A stretch of 33,912 nucleotides of DNA from Gemmatimonadota bacterium (GCA_039589355.1 JBDHHM010000004.1:1-33912); one strand, 5' to 3'; positions 1-10,862 are shown, counted from the first letter of the stretch. Numbers and translations: made by a program. The notes: generated by a model from the sequence alone, not told the origin.

Positions 1-2
1 CT

Positions 3-851
3 CAGGTCGCCGATACGACCGGGGCGCTGGTTCCCAACCCCGTGTTCGACTCTTCGCTGCAACATAGCGGGCTGGTCTGTGCGGCGTGTCATGTGCGGGG
101 CTGGCAGCGCTACGGGCCGCCGCGTCGTGACGGCTCGCTAACGGCCTCGCCACCAGGCTCGCCGCACGGTGGTGCGAAGCGTACGGCGTACTTCGAGGAC
201 TCGCGCTTCTGCGCGGGCTGCCACCAGTTCGAGCTTCCCGCTCCCAACGGCAAGTCGCTTCAGAACACGTTCGAGGAATGGCGGTCGAGTCGCTACGCGG
301 AGCAGGGGCTGGGGTGCCAGGGCTGCCACATGCCGGATCGGCGCCACCTGTGGCGCGGCGTACACGACTCGCTGACGGTCAGCAGCGGCGTCACAATCGA
401 GTGGGTGACGGCTTCCGCTCGCTCGGCCGAGTCCGTCGCGTTGCGGGTGACGAACTCCGGGACGGGGCACCGCTTCCCGACGTACGTGACGCCAGAGGTG
501 ATCGTAGGCATCGAGCTCCTCGACGCGGATCGCCGAGTCATCGCCGGCACCGCAGTCGAGTCCGCGATTCGACGCGTCGTCGAATCGCGGGGCGGAATCT
601 GGGTCGAGCTCTCAGACACGCGCCTCGCCCCGGACAGCAGCTTGATCCTCTGGGCTGGAGCCGAGGAACCGCGGGCCCGCTTCGCCCGCGGTACGGTCGT
701 CGTCTACCCCGATGCGTTCTATCAGAGGATGTTCAGCGGAATGATGGCGGGCGCCCTGAGCGATACGTCCGCGGCCCTGATCTCGGAGGCCTACCGGCGA
801 GCGAGCGAGAGTGCTTTCACGATCTTCGACGACACGATCCGGGTGCACTGA
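3..851 (+). CDS. Multiheme c-type cytochrome (c554/c-prime-like family), 5' part outside window
   Basis: Frame is open from base 3 (QVADTTGALVPNPV...). Three CxxCH motifs (CAACH, CAGCH, CQGCH), plus 'NTFEEWRSS' and 'VTNSGTGHRFPT' segments typical of this family's C-terminal domain. Confidence 0.8.
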   Translation, partial: QVADTTGALVPNPVFDSSLQHSGLVCAACHVRGWQRYGPPRRDGSLTASPPGSPHGGAKRTAYFEDSRFCAGCHQFELPAPNGKSLQNTFEEWRSSRYAEQGLGCQGCHMPDRRHLWRGVHDSLTVSSGVTIEWVTASARSAESVALRVTNSGTGHRFPTYVTPEVIVGIELLDADRRVIAGTAVESAIRRVVESRGGIWVELSDTRLAPDSSLILWAGAEEPRARFARGTVVVYPDAFYQRMFSGMMAGALSDTSAALISEAYRRASESAFTIFDDTIRVH

Positions 852-943
852 GGGAGCGTTTGGGAGTTGGGAGGGCGGTCCGTAACTGCCCCCGCGCGCT
901 GTGGACCCTGGAACCGCTGCCGGTGTAGCTTCGTAGTGGATCA

Positions 944-1255
944 ATGATGGACACCGTTCTTCTGCTAAAGATCGCCGGAGCCGCTCTGACGTTCGCCCTC
1001 GGGATCTGGATCGGCCTGGGTATGCCCGGGCTCAAACGGTCCAAGCGCTCCCGTGAGTGGCAGTCGTCCGACCGGCTGCACGCTACCTGGCTCAACCGCG
1101 TGTTCTTCCGCATGGAGCGTTCGGAGCGGCGGTTCGGGTCCGGCCTCATCACGCCCGGGGACAAACCGGATGGGACCGACGAGGGGCAGCAGGAGCAAGC
1201 CGACTCGGAAGACTCACCCGGCGAGGTGCGCCTGCGGCGTACCTTCGAGCGCTGA
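944..1255 (+). CDS. Small hypothetical protein with one N-terminal membrane helix
   Basis: Hydrophobic N-terminus (LLLKIAGAALTFALGIWIGLG) followed by a charged tail; fills the gap between recognisable genes. Confidence 0.6.
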   Translation: MMDTVLLLKIAGAALTFALGIWIGLGMPGLKRSKRSREWQSSDRLHATWLNRVFFRMERSERRFGSGLITPGDKPDGTDEGQQEQADSEDSPGEVRLRRTFER

Positions 1256-1309
1256 CTGGTGGCGGCGTCGGCGGCGCCCGGGTAACCACGAACACGTCCT
1301 ATAGCAGCC

Positions 1310-3037
1310 CTAAGAATCTTCGGGTGTGTGGACGCGCAGCGTGCGCAGCCTGCCCAGCGCGGCGGCGAGCTCGTGGATGCGGAACTGGGCGTAGTCGCCG
1401 GGCTGTCGCGAGTCGATCGTGTCGAGCCCCTTCTGCCGGACCTCCTCCATCAAGCCCTCTAGCGCCCTACGCACCGTGCGGCGGCCATCGAGCCAGCGGC
1501 CGGCGGCGTGAACCATCGCCTGGGCGATGGCGCGGACCTGCGCCTCCTCGACGAGCTGTTCCAGCGCGCTAAGCTCGAGCTCTTCCGTCCCGAACAGGAC
1601 GCGGGTAGAGGTCTGCACCTTGATCGAGACGGACTTGCGCCCCTTCTGGGCGTCGATGCTGGCCGGGTCCGGGACGCGTGCGAGGAGCGGCGACCAGGGT
1701 CCGCCTTCATGGGCGCGCTCGGTGCGGAAGCGTTCTGCGACCTCCTTAGCGCCGGCTGTCAGATCCGCCGGCAGATATCTGCGCATGCCGATGACGGTAT
1801 CGGCGACGTCGAAGTAGTCGCCGGCGCCGCCGACGACGATCGCGGTGGAGATGCCGAGCTCTTCGTATAGCTGTCGGGCGCGGTCGATGAACGGCGTGAT
1901 CGGCTCGTCGGCGTCGTGGATCAGCGCCTGCATCCGCGCATCGCGGATCATGAAGTTCGTGGCGCTCGTATCCTCATCGATCAGCAGGCAGGAGGCACCG
2001 ACCTCGAGGGCCTCGGCGATGGCCGCGGCTTGGCTGGTGGAGCCGCTGGCGTTCGGGGTCGAGAAATGGGCGGTGTCCTCGCCGCGGGGCAGGTCGGTGA
2101 TGAAATTAGAGATGTCCACCGCGGCTACCGAGCGGCCGTCCTCAGCGCGGATCTTCACCGCGTTGGGCACGGTCACGGCCAGCTCGCGGCCGTCGCCCTC
2201 GACATGATCGTAGATACCGTTCTCGATAGCGCGGAGCAGGGTCGACTTGCCGTGGTAGCCGCCGCCGACGATGAGGGTGATACCGCCGGGCACCCCTATG
2301 CCGGTTACCTGTCCCCGGTTCGGGGCCTCGAGTGTGACCGTCAGTCCGTCGGGCGGCTGGAAGGCCACGGCCTGCGACGCGGCGAGCGGCTGGTCATCGA
2401 CGCCGCTGCGGCGCGGGAGGACCGCGCCGTCAGGGATGAAGGCAATGAGGCCGCGTTCCTCGAGTTGGTCGCGGAGCGCGGCCGAGTCCTCGGCCAAGAA
2501 GGCATGGCTGCGCAGCGTCTCCAACTCGCCTGTCGCGGGCGCCAGAACGCTGCGCAGGGCGCGGGGGATGTCGCCGAGCAACATCTCGGCCGCCTGGCGG
2601 CCGAGCACGCGGCGGCCGGCGGCGGGCAATCCCGCGGTGAAGCGGGCGACGACGCTGCCCGCCTCGTCGATCTGCAGGCTGGTACGCTCGAGGATGCACT
2701 GCCCCGGCTGCAGGATGCGGACGGCCCCGCTCTTGCCGCTCCCCCGGTCGTGGCTGATCGAATGCAGCTCGCGGTGCAGACGGCGGTTGAGGAAATCGGC
2801 CGCTGCCACGCGCCGGACATCCGGCTTCAAGACACCCTCGGTCAAAGCGACGATCTCGGGTGGAAAGACGGCACGCAGCCGACTGGGCGACGCGAAGGGG
2901 TCACCCTGGACGTAGTCGATGTGGAGGGCGTGATCGCCGAAGTCGTAGCTACCGGCGATCTGCTTGTAGGCGCCGTAACTTCGACCGTCGATCGCCTTGA
3001 GCGAGGAGTGCAGGATGTCCTTGGCTTTGGGGATCAT
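1310..3037 (-). CDS. Predicted ABC-class ATPase (COG3044 / ABC_ATPase family)
   Basis: Walker A GGGYHGKST, Walker B LLIDED, and family motifs VQGDPFASPS, IRAEDGR, NASGSTSQAA and ATNFMIRD. Confidence 0.9.
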   Translation of the reverse strand: MIPKAKDILHSSLKAIDGRSYGAYKQIAGSYDFGDHALHIDYVQGDPFASPSRLRAVFPPEIVALTEGVLKPDVRRVAAADFLNRRLHRELHSISHDRGSGKSGAVRILQPGQCILERTSLQIDEAGSVVARFTAGLPAAGRRVLGRQAAEMLLGDIPRALRSVLAPATGELETLRSHAFLAEDSAALRDQLEERGLIAFIPDGAVLPRRSGVDDQPLAASQAVAFQPPDGLTVTLEAPNRGQVTGIGVPGGITLIVGGGYHGKSTLLRAIENGIYDHVEGDGRELAVTVPNAVKIRAEDGRSVAAVDISNFITDLPRGEDTAHFSTPNASGSTSQAAAIAEALEVGASCLLIDEDTSATNFMIRDARMQALIHDADEPITPFIDRARQLYEELGISTAIVVGGAGDYFDVADTVIGMRRYLPADLTAGAKEVAERFRTERAHEGGPWSPLLARVPDPASIDAQKGRKSVSIKVQTSTRVLFGTEELELSALEQLVEEAQVRAIAQAMVHAAGRWLDGRRTVRRALEGLMEEVRQKGLDTIDSRQPGDYAQFRIHELAAALGRLRTLRVHTPEDS

Positions 3038-3143
3038 CGTGCCACGTGGCTGCTTGCATGTCGTCCCCGGCTCGACATATTGCTTGCCGTCGAGTCAGTC
3101 TTCGAGTCACACTGACGGCAGTGACGAACGCTGCACCTTTTGA

Positions 3144-3677
3144 ATGGAACAGCTCCTGGCCGGGGCGCTCGGCCCAATATTCATCTTCCTGCTGCGCATC
3201 GTTGACGTATCACTGGCGACGCTGCGGCTGATATCGGCCGTGCGAGGCCGGAAACTGCTCGCCGCGTCGGTCGGGTTCGTCGAAATCTTGATCTGGATAG
3301 TGGTTGTCGGCACGGTGGTTCGCAATCTCGATTCGCCCCTGCTGGTGCTCGCCTACGCCGGCGGATTCGCGGCCGGTACATGGGTAGGTATGACGATCGA
3401 AGAGAAGCTGGCGCTCGGTCTTGCGGAGGTACAGGTGGTCTCGCGCACCGCCGGCGTCGAGATCGCCGAGGCTCTGCGCGATGAGGGGTTCGGTGTCACC
3501 GAGATGCTGGGCCAGGGACGCGAGGGTCGAGTGGAGATCGTGTACACAGTTGTTCAGCGGCGCTCGTTGAAAGAAGTTACTCGTGTGGTCCAGCGCTGGG
3601 ATCCGGAAGCGTTCGTCCGGGTGGAAGAGCCACGCTCGATCGAGCGGGGGTGGCTGCTGAGTCGGCGGCGCAAATGA
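3144..3677 (+). CDS. UPF0316 / DUF2179-DUF5698 (YebE-like) membrane protein
   Basis: IFLLRIVDVSLATLR, AYAGGFAAGTWVGMTIEEKLALG, GFGVT..G.GREG and DPEAF motifs. Confidence 0.85.
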   Translation: MEQLLAGALGPIFIFLLRIVDVSLATLRLISAVRGRKLLAASVGFVEILIWIVVVGTVVRNLDSPLLVLAYAGGFAAGTWVGMTIEEKLALGLAEVQVVSRTAGVEIAEALRDEGFGVTEMLGQGREGRVEIVYTVVQRRSLKEVTRVVQRWDPEAFVRVEEPRSIERGWLLSRRRK

Positions 3678-4609
3678 ACGCCTGGTGGCGTAAGAGCGCC
3701 GCGGTACGGCCGCCGGGAGTGCGTAGGCCGCGAGAGTGGGATGATGTCGAGCGGCAGCGCCGGGTACGGCGGATCCTGTTTTGGATCCTCTGGGCCAACC
3801 TGGCGCTGGTCGCGGTCAAGGTGGCCGTGGGTTGGGTGATTGGGTCGCTCTCGGTGTTGGGCGACGCGGCCCATTCCGGCACAGATGCCCTCAACAACGT
3901 GATCGCGCTGACGGCCATCTACTTCGCCGCCGCGCCGCCGGACGATGAGCACCCTTACGGACACGGCAAGTTCGAGACGCTGGGCGCTTTCGTCATAGCC
4001 GGCTTCCTCTCCATCACCTGCTTCGAGTTGCTGAGGTCCGCGGCGCTGAGGCTGATCCGCGGCGGAGCGCCGCCGGAGCCTGACGCGACGGCCATGATCA
4101 TCCTGGCGGCGACGATGCTTGTGAACATCGCGATCGCGTACTACGAGCGCCGCCGCGGCAGGGAACTGCGCAGCGAGCTGCTCATCGCCGATGCGCGGCA
4201 CACGCAGGCCGATGTCTGGGTGACGCTGACGGTCCTCGTCGGCCTCGGCCTGGTCCGCCTGGGGTGGGGGCAGGCCGACGCGATCCTGGCGGTGATCGTG
4301 GCGATCGTCGTCGCCCATAGCGGCTACCAGATCCTGCGCAGAACCGTTCCGGTCCTGGTCGACCGGGCGGCCGTCGACGCGAATCGTGTCTATGAAGTCG
4401 CGTCCGCGGTGGAAGGCGTCGAGAGTGTGTCGGGCGTCCGCTCGCGCGGCCGACCCGGCGAGGGGTTCGCCGAGCTCACCGTCCGCGTCCATCCCGCCAC
4501 CCAGGTGCGCCAGGCGCACGCCATCGCCGATGAGGTCGAACGGCGCGTCGCCGCGGAGCTGAACCTAGAAGACGTTGTCGTGCACGTGGAGCCGAGTGAA
4601 TTGCATTGA
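3674..4609 (+). CDS. Cation diffusion facilitator (FieF-like) metal transporter
   Basis: ATG at 3674 overlaps the upstream stop (ATGA). Metal site HxxxD occurs in TM2 (HSGTD) and TM5 (HTQAD); HPYGHGKFE loop; C-terminal domain ends in VHVEP. Confidence 0.9.
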   Translation: MNAWWRKSAAVRPPGVRRPREWDDVERQRRVRRILFWILWANLALVAVKVAVGWVIGSLSVLGDAAHSGTDALNNVIALTAIYFAAAPPDDEHPYGHGKFETLGAFVIAGFLSITCFELLRSAALRLIRGGAPPEPDATAMIILAATMLVNIAIAYYERRRGRELRSELLIADARHTQADVWVTLTVLVGLGLVRLGWGQADAILAVIVAIVVAHSGYQILRRTVPVLVDRAAVDANRVYEVASAVEGVESVSGVRSRGRPGEGFAELTVRVHPATQVRQAHAIADEVERRVAAELNLEDVVVHVEPSELH

Positions 4610-4669
4610 GAGCTCCGTGCTGGCGTCGGCCTTTTCTGTGCTTGAATCGATGGTTGGTGTCAGGCGTGG

Positions 4670-4790
4670 AGTGACCGGTGGTCGGTGACCGGTGACCGGT
4701 AACTGAGAACGAGTGACTTCCGAGAAGAACGCGAACGACCGATCACTGGCTACCGGCCACTGACTACCGGCCACCGGTTACCGGCTACCG
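4670..4790. repeat. Degenerate heptamer tandem repeats in inverted arrangement between convergent genes
   Basis: Left arm gtgaccg-gtggtcg-gtgaccg-gtgaccg-gtaactg (4671-4705); right arm cactggc-taccggc-cactgac-taccggc-caccggt-taccggc (from 4744) carries the complementary heptad. Confidence 0.8.
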
Positions 4791-5410
4791 TCCCCCTCCA
4801 CTCTCCACACGCAACGCTCGTCTCCGCGCCGCTGGCACTCTGGATGCGCGACCGTCGTTTTGCCCAGCCCACTCAGTTCCAGCAGGCTGGCGGCGAGCGA
4901 GCCGTACAGTTTGCAGGCGGCGCTGTACTCGCCGACCCGCGCGGTCAGAGCATCGGTGGCGCGGATCTCGAGCGGCTCGGTCTCAACGGTCTTATCGGCT
5001 GCGATCAGGTAGGTGCCGTGAGCGGTGCGCAGCGTGCGGTGGGCGGCGCGCTCGCGCAGCGGTAGCGGCAGTCGCCGGGCGATGCGGCGGAGCAGGCCCG
5101 CGGGGCCCGAGAAGTAGAGCCCGGCCAGCTCGCGCCCGGCGGCGGTGAAGACGGCACCGGCGTCGGAGCGGCGGGCGACCAGCTCGAGGAGCGCCACGAC
5201 CTCCGCCTCGGCGACGCGGCGGCGCTGGCGTGCGAGACGTCGGAACTGGCGGATCTGGTCCTCGACGACGCCGCTGAGCCCGAGGCGATGCGGAAAGAAC
5301 GAATGGGGATGTTCATGCGACATCAGCTCCGGCGGGGTATCCTGCTGTTGTACCGCCTGCAGGAGTGCCAGTGGGAGCCTGGCGTCGATATTTCGATCCG
5401 GAGGGTTCAT
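4778..5410 (-). CDS. Stand-alone V4R-domain protein
   Basis: C-terminal 'AACKLY...HPECQRRGDERCVW' fits the V4R Cys/Glu pattern; no fused output domain seen. Confidence 0.7.
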   Translation of the reverse strand: MNPPDRNIDARLPLALLQAVQQQDTPPELMSHEHPHSFFPHRLGLSGVVEDQIRQFRRLARQRRRVAEAEVVALLELVARRSDAGAVFTAAGRELAGLYFSGPAGLLRRIARRLPLPLRERAAHRTLRTAHGTYLIAADKTVETEPLEIRATDALTARVGEYSAACKLYGSLAASLLELSGLGKTTVAHPECQRRGDERCVWRVEGDGSR

Positions 5411-5435
5411 TCCCCTACACGTTTCACTGGTGCCC

Positions 5436-6926
<1,491 letters not shown>

Positions 6927-6994
6927 CGCTCCGAGAATAAGCGCCTGCCCGGCTGTCGCAAGACGCAGGATCCGGTCGCAACGCGAGGAGGCTT

Positions 6995-7765
6995 GTGGAC
7001 CTTCTACTCAGAGGGCTGATCGCCGTCGGCGCAGCGGCGGCCGTGTCGGCATCCGCCTGGCAGCTGCGTGCGCTTACCGCACGAGGTGCGGTGGCGGGGA
7101 CTTTGGTGGGAAGCGCGGTGTTCGGCTCTGCGGGTCTCGGGCCGGCCGTCGTGCTGGTGGCCTTCTTCGTGAGCTCGAGCGCGCCATCGATGCTACCGGG
7201 CGGCGGCGCGCGGTCGAGGCGCGGGGCGCGCCAGGTGCTGGCCAACGGATCGGTGGCGGCGCTGGCCGCGTGCTTCCATTCGCTGCACCCGTTTGCGGAC
7301 TTGGCACTGCTGGGCGCCGTCGCCGCCGCCACGGCCGACACCTGGGCTACGGAGGTGGGAGTGCGTCTGGGGCGGCGGCCGCGCTCCATCCTCACGCTGC
7401 GGCGGCAACCGCCCGGAACTTCCGGGGCCGTCTCGCTTCCCGGGACGCTGGGGGCGGCGGCGGGGGCGCTGGCCGTAGCGGGCGCGGGCGGCTGGCTCGT
7501 GCCGGGCCTCGATGCCGGCGCCCTGATCGCAGTCGCGCTGGGTGGCCTGGCGGGCTCTTTGGCAGATTCGGTGGCGGGTGCGGGCTTCCAGGCCGTCTAC
7601 CGCTGTCCGGCCTGCGGGGCGACCCCGGAGGTGTCGCGCCACTCAGGCTGCCCGGAGCGCGCTCTCCGGGTCTCGGGCCTCCCGGGGGTCGACAACGACG
7701 CGGTAAACCTGATCGCCACCGCCACGGGAGCCGCCGCCTCCGTGCTGGCTCTGTTGCTTGTTTAG
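6995..7765 (+). CDS. DUF92 (TMEM19/VTE6-like) integral membrane protein
   Basis: QVLANG, AAATADTWATEVG, PPGTSGAVS, DS..GA..QA.Y.C..C and DNDAVN motifs; GTG start after gaggagg RBS. Confidence 0.85.
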   Translation: MDLLLRGLIAVGAAAAVSASAWQLRALTARGAVAGTLVGSAVFGSAGLGPAVVLVAFFVSSSAPSMLPGGGARSRRGARQVLANGSVAALAACFHSLHPFADLALLGAVAAATADTWATEVGVRLGRRPRSILTLRRQPPGTSGAVSLPGTLGAAAGALAVAGAGGWLVPGLDAGALIAVALGGLAGSLADSVAGAGFQAVYRCPACGATPEVSRHSGCPERALRVSGLPGVDNDAVNLIATATGAAASVLALLLV

Positions 7766-7909
7766 CGGCCGATATTTAGGCGGTCGCATTGGTTTTGAAG
7801 GGTCCGCTCAACTTGACCGGTACGGCCATTCGATGTTCTTTTCGTTGTCGGACTTGCCGTCCCTGCAAAACCCGCCATATAGTCGTGCGCAACCCTAGCC
7901 GGAGGCTCC

Positions 7910-8884
7910 ATGTCTCGGTCGCCGAAACGGGCCCGTGAAGCCGTATTCTCCAAGGCCGCCGACGCCCTGAACGAGGACACCGCTCAAATGGCGGCGGATT
8001 GGGCCGAGGCCTTCGAGAAGCGGGTTTCGGAACGCGGAGAACCGTTTCCCTACGGTGGCCTGCAGACGGACGTCGAGGCGCTGGTCAAAGGCGTGTCCGC
8101 GGTTCTCAACGACCCGTGGTACTACCGCAGCTTCCTGGGCGAGGGCGATAACCAGCAGATCGGCCGGCGCCTGGCGGAGAAGCACGTCCAGGCCGGCGGC
8201 ACGCTGATCAGCGCCCTCGAGGCCTACATGCGGCTGCGCCAGGCGATGATCCTGGCCTCTCGCGACGTGTTCCGGGACAGCGACCGGCCATTCTTCGATT
8301 TGATGACGCGGTTGAACCGCTGCATCGACCGGATCCTCTTCGCCATCGCAGAGGGCTACTTCAGCGCCTTCCAGGCCGAGATCGAGAAGCAGGCGGTCAC
8401 CGACCCACTGACTGGGCTCGGCAACTCCCGGCGCTTCCGGGAAGCGCTGGCTGCCGAGCTCAAGCGCAGCGACCGGACCGGCCGCCACTTCTCCATCGTC
8501 TTCGTCGACGTCGACGATTTCAAGGATATCAACGACAGGATCGGCCACGTCGAGGCCGATTACACCCTCACGGCCGTCGGCCGGGCGCTCGCCTCGCAAC
8601 TGCGTGGCAGCGACCTCATCTGCCGCTGGGGCGGCGACGAATTCATCATCATGCTGCCCGAGACCGAGCGCCAGGAGGCCGGAGTGCTCGCCGAGCGCCT
8701 GCGGACTTCCGTCGCAGATTGTGACAAGTGTGCCGGCGCCACCATTTCCCTCGGGGTCGCCTGCCACCCGGTGGACGGCAAGGACTACGACAGCCTGGTG
8801 GCCAACGCCGACCGGGCGCTTTACGCCTCCAAGGACCGCGGAAAGAACGTCGTGACCCAGAGCGCCGCCGGCAGCGGGCGCTGA
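7910..8884 (+). CDS. Diguanylate cyclase with N-terminal RsbRD_N/globin-like helical domain
   Basis: TDPLTGL.N, DVDDFKDIND..GH, intact I-site RGSD five residues before GGDEF; ggagg RBS. Confidence 0.9.
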   Translation: MSRSPKRAREAVFSKAADALNEDTAQMAADWAEAFEKRVSERGEPFPYGGLQTDVEALVKGVSAVLNDPWYYRSFLGEGDNQQIGRRLAEKHVQAGGTLISALEAYMRLRQAMILASRDVFRDSDRPFFDLMTRLNRCIDRILFAIAEGYFSAFQAEIEKQAVTDPLTGLGNSRRFREALAAELKRSDRTGRHFSIVFVDVDDFKDINDRIGHVEADYTLTAVGRALASQLRGSDLICRWGGDEFIIMLPETERQEAGVLAERLRTSVADCDKCAGATISLGVACHPVDGKDYDSLVANADRALYASKDRGKNVVTQSAAGSGR

Positions 8885-9179
8885 GACACCTCGCCCCATC
8901 CAGCAGTCACCCCCAAACCCCAGTAACCAAGCCAAAACCCCCATAGCGCAGGCCGCCGCCGCACCCTTGGCGGGCAGCCGTTTTGACGGCGATTCCCGCC
9001 CCGGGCCAGTCATAGTATGTGGTGTGGGCGCAAGTGATGGGGAGCATTGCGATTTACGGCGGATGCATTATGATGGCGAAGTTCTCAGATTCAATGCTGA
9101 GAATGATTACTGTCGATTAGCCCCCCGATGTGACGGTTTGCCCCACCTCCTCCGCCGTCGCTGGAGCCTGCGGCTCTGG

Positions 9180-9192
9180 TAAGTGCTTGATA
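9180..9192. promoter_or_regulatory. Candidate IHF binding site
   Basis: TAAGTGCTTGATA matches YAANNNNTTGATW, the reverse complement of the IHF consensus WATCAANNNNTTR, in an AT-richer intergenic region. Confidence 0.45.
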
Positions 9193-9219
9193 TTTAAGAG
9201 ATTAGGTGATTGGCACCGG

Positions 9220-9235
9220 CGGCCTGATACCTGCA
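9220..9235 (+). promoter_or_regulatory. Candidate sigma-54 -24/-12 promoter
   Basis: CGGCCTG-ATAC-CTGCA has the GG-N10-GC spacing and partly matches TGGCACG-N4-TTGCW; about 90 bp upstream of the ATG at 9322. Confidence 0.35.
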
Positions 9236-9321
9236 TAGCGGGCGTATGAGTCCTAAGCTCTCAAATGCAGCAATTGACGGTCTACATATCTCAGAACCGG
9301 TTGTACCAAGGAGGGGTAGCT

Positions 9322-10743
9322 ATGAAGCATCGACGTTGGATTGGGGCCGTCCTGGCGATGTCCCTCGGTTTCCTGGCGTTGGGCTGCGACGGAGACACCA
9401 TCATACAGGAGGTTGGAGCCGACTTCAGCCTGTACTCCTACCAGGGGAACTTCGGTGAGCCGTGTCTCCACTGTCACTCCACGAACGTCGACAACGTGCT
9501 AACCACCAATCACAGCTTCGCGTACGAGGACCTCGGTGAGAGTCAGTCGAACCTGTACTGCCTCCAGTGCCACACGGTCGGATTCGACTCATACGTCGAG
9601 TACGGCGACACGGAGATCTTGGACGAGAACCGGGGTCCGGACGAGCATGGGTACGACGACTACGTGGGTGTCGACACGGAGGAGGCGGCGGCGCGCCGGT
9701 TGGCTCTCGAGGCCGTGCAGTGTGAGTCGTGTCACGGGCCGATGGGTCCGAACTTCAACGCTCACAAGCCCGAGATCTCGTTCTCGACGCACTATGTCGG
9801 GACGGAGACCACTTCTCTCTGCGAGCAGTGCCACCATACTCAGGTCGAGGAATGGGTAGAGTCCGGGCACGCGAACGCGGCCGGCGGCAATATCGACGAC
9901 TTCAACGACGAACACTACGCGCATAGCTCGAGCTGCCAGCCTTGCCACACGTCGGAAGGGTTCATCGAAGCCAACGACCCGGCCTACGCCGACTATGAGT
10001 TCGGCGAGGAGGTCAGCTTCATTGGCTGCCCGACCTGCCACGACCCGCACAAGGGCGAGGCCGGCGGAGGCAACTACGCTCAGCTGCGCAACATCACGGC
10101 GGAGGAAGTCCAGTACACCTTCCCGTACGAGCCCGGCGACCCCGAAGTCCCAACGATGGAGGGCTACGGCCCGGCGCAGACCTGCGCACAGTGTCACCAC
10201 GGGCGCCGCGACACCGACAACGTGCTGGGCCAGATCGCCGACGGGTACGGTCACTTTGGGCCGCACCACAGCAACCAGATGGACATGTACATCGGCGGTG
10301 GCTCCTATCAGATCCCGGGCTACACGTACGATGGCGTCCACCAGCATCAGGGCATCACGCTTGCCTGCGTGGAGTGTCACATGGTGCGCGAGACCGAGCT
10401 GCACGGCGAGCTGGTCGACCACCCGTTCCACACGTGGGAGCCGACGGTGGAGAACTGCTTGCCGTGCCATGCCGGCATCCCCGATTTCGACGTGAACGGC
10501 CTGCAGACGACGATTCAAGGCAAGCTGGATCAGCTGGCGGTGCTGCATGGCTATACCGACTTCGCCGATCTCGAAGCGAACTGGGACAGCGAGGCGCCGG
10601 GTGTGCTGGTGTGGGAGCGGGAAGCGATTTACGCGGCCTTCTTCATATTCGACGACGGAAGCTTGGGTCTCCATAACCCGACCTACGCGAACTCGCTGCT
10701 CGACAACGCGATCGCGTACACGATCCTTATGCAGGGTCCGTAG
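9322..10743 (+). CDS. Nonaheme c-type cytochrome lipoprotein (OmcB/c552-like), paralog 1
   Basis: aggagggg RBS then ATG 9322; signal peptide with lipobox LALG-C; nine CxxCH (CLHCH, CLQCH, CESCH, CEQCH, CQPCH, CPTCH, CAQCH, CVECH, CLPCH); C-terminal DGSLGLHNPTY helix region. Confidence 0.88.
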   Translation: MKHRRWIGAVLAMSLGFLALGCDGDTIIQEVGADFSLYSYQGNFGEPCLHCHSTNVDNVLTTNHSFAYEDLGESQSNLYCLQCHTVGFDSYVEYGDTEILDENRGPDEHGYDDYVGVDTEEAAARRLALEAVQCESCHGPMGPNFNAHKPEISFSTHYVGTETTSLCEQCHHTQVEEWVESGHANAAGGNIDDFNDEHYAHSSSCQPCHTSEGFIEANDPAYADYEFGEEVSFIGCPTCHDPHKGEAGGGNYAQLRNITAEEVQYTFPYEPGDPEVPTMEGYGPAQTCAQCHHGRRDTDNVLGQIADGYGHFGPHHSNQMDMYIGGGSYQIPGYTYDGVHQHQGITLACVECHMVRETELHGELVDHPFHTWEPTVENCLPCHAGIPDFDVNGLQTTIQGKLDQLAVLHGYTDFADLEANWDSEAPGVLVWEREAIYAAFFIFDDGSLGLHNPTYANSLLDNAIAYTILMQGP

Positions 10744-10756
10744 AGCGACCCGACGC

Positions 10757-10790
10757 GATGCGCGCGAGGTGGTCTTGCCTCGCGCGCATC
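10757..10790 (+). other. GC-rich stem-loop immediately after the stop codon
   Basis: Perfect 13 bp stem gatgcgcgcgagg / cctcgcgcgcatc with an 8 nt loop and no U-tract. Confidence 0.7.
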
Positions 10791-10818
10791 ACGTCTCAGG
10801 TTCCACGGGGGGAATTCG

Positions 10819-10862
10819 ACGGAGACCGGAGCTGACGCAGATGCTTCTGGTTTCCGTTTTTT
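10819..10862 (+). terminator. Rho-independent terminator
   Basis: Stem acggagaccggagc / gcttctggtttccgt (with G-U pairs) running into a T6 tract. Confidence 0.75.

Noticed and set aside
8885-9321. c-di-GMP/cGAMP (GEMM-I) riboswitch upstream of cytochrome genes, also sought at 10863-11163 and 15380-15486
   Set aside because: By eye I could not find the GGCAAAC...GAAA...GACGCAAAGC core; an Infernal/Rfam search would be needed to exclude it fully.
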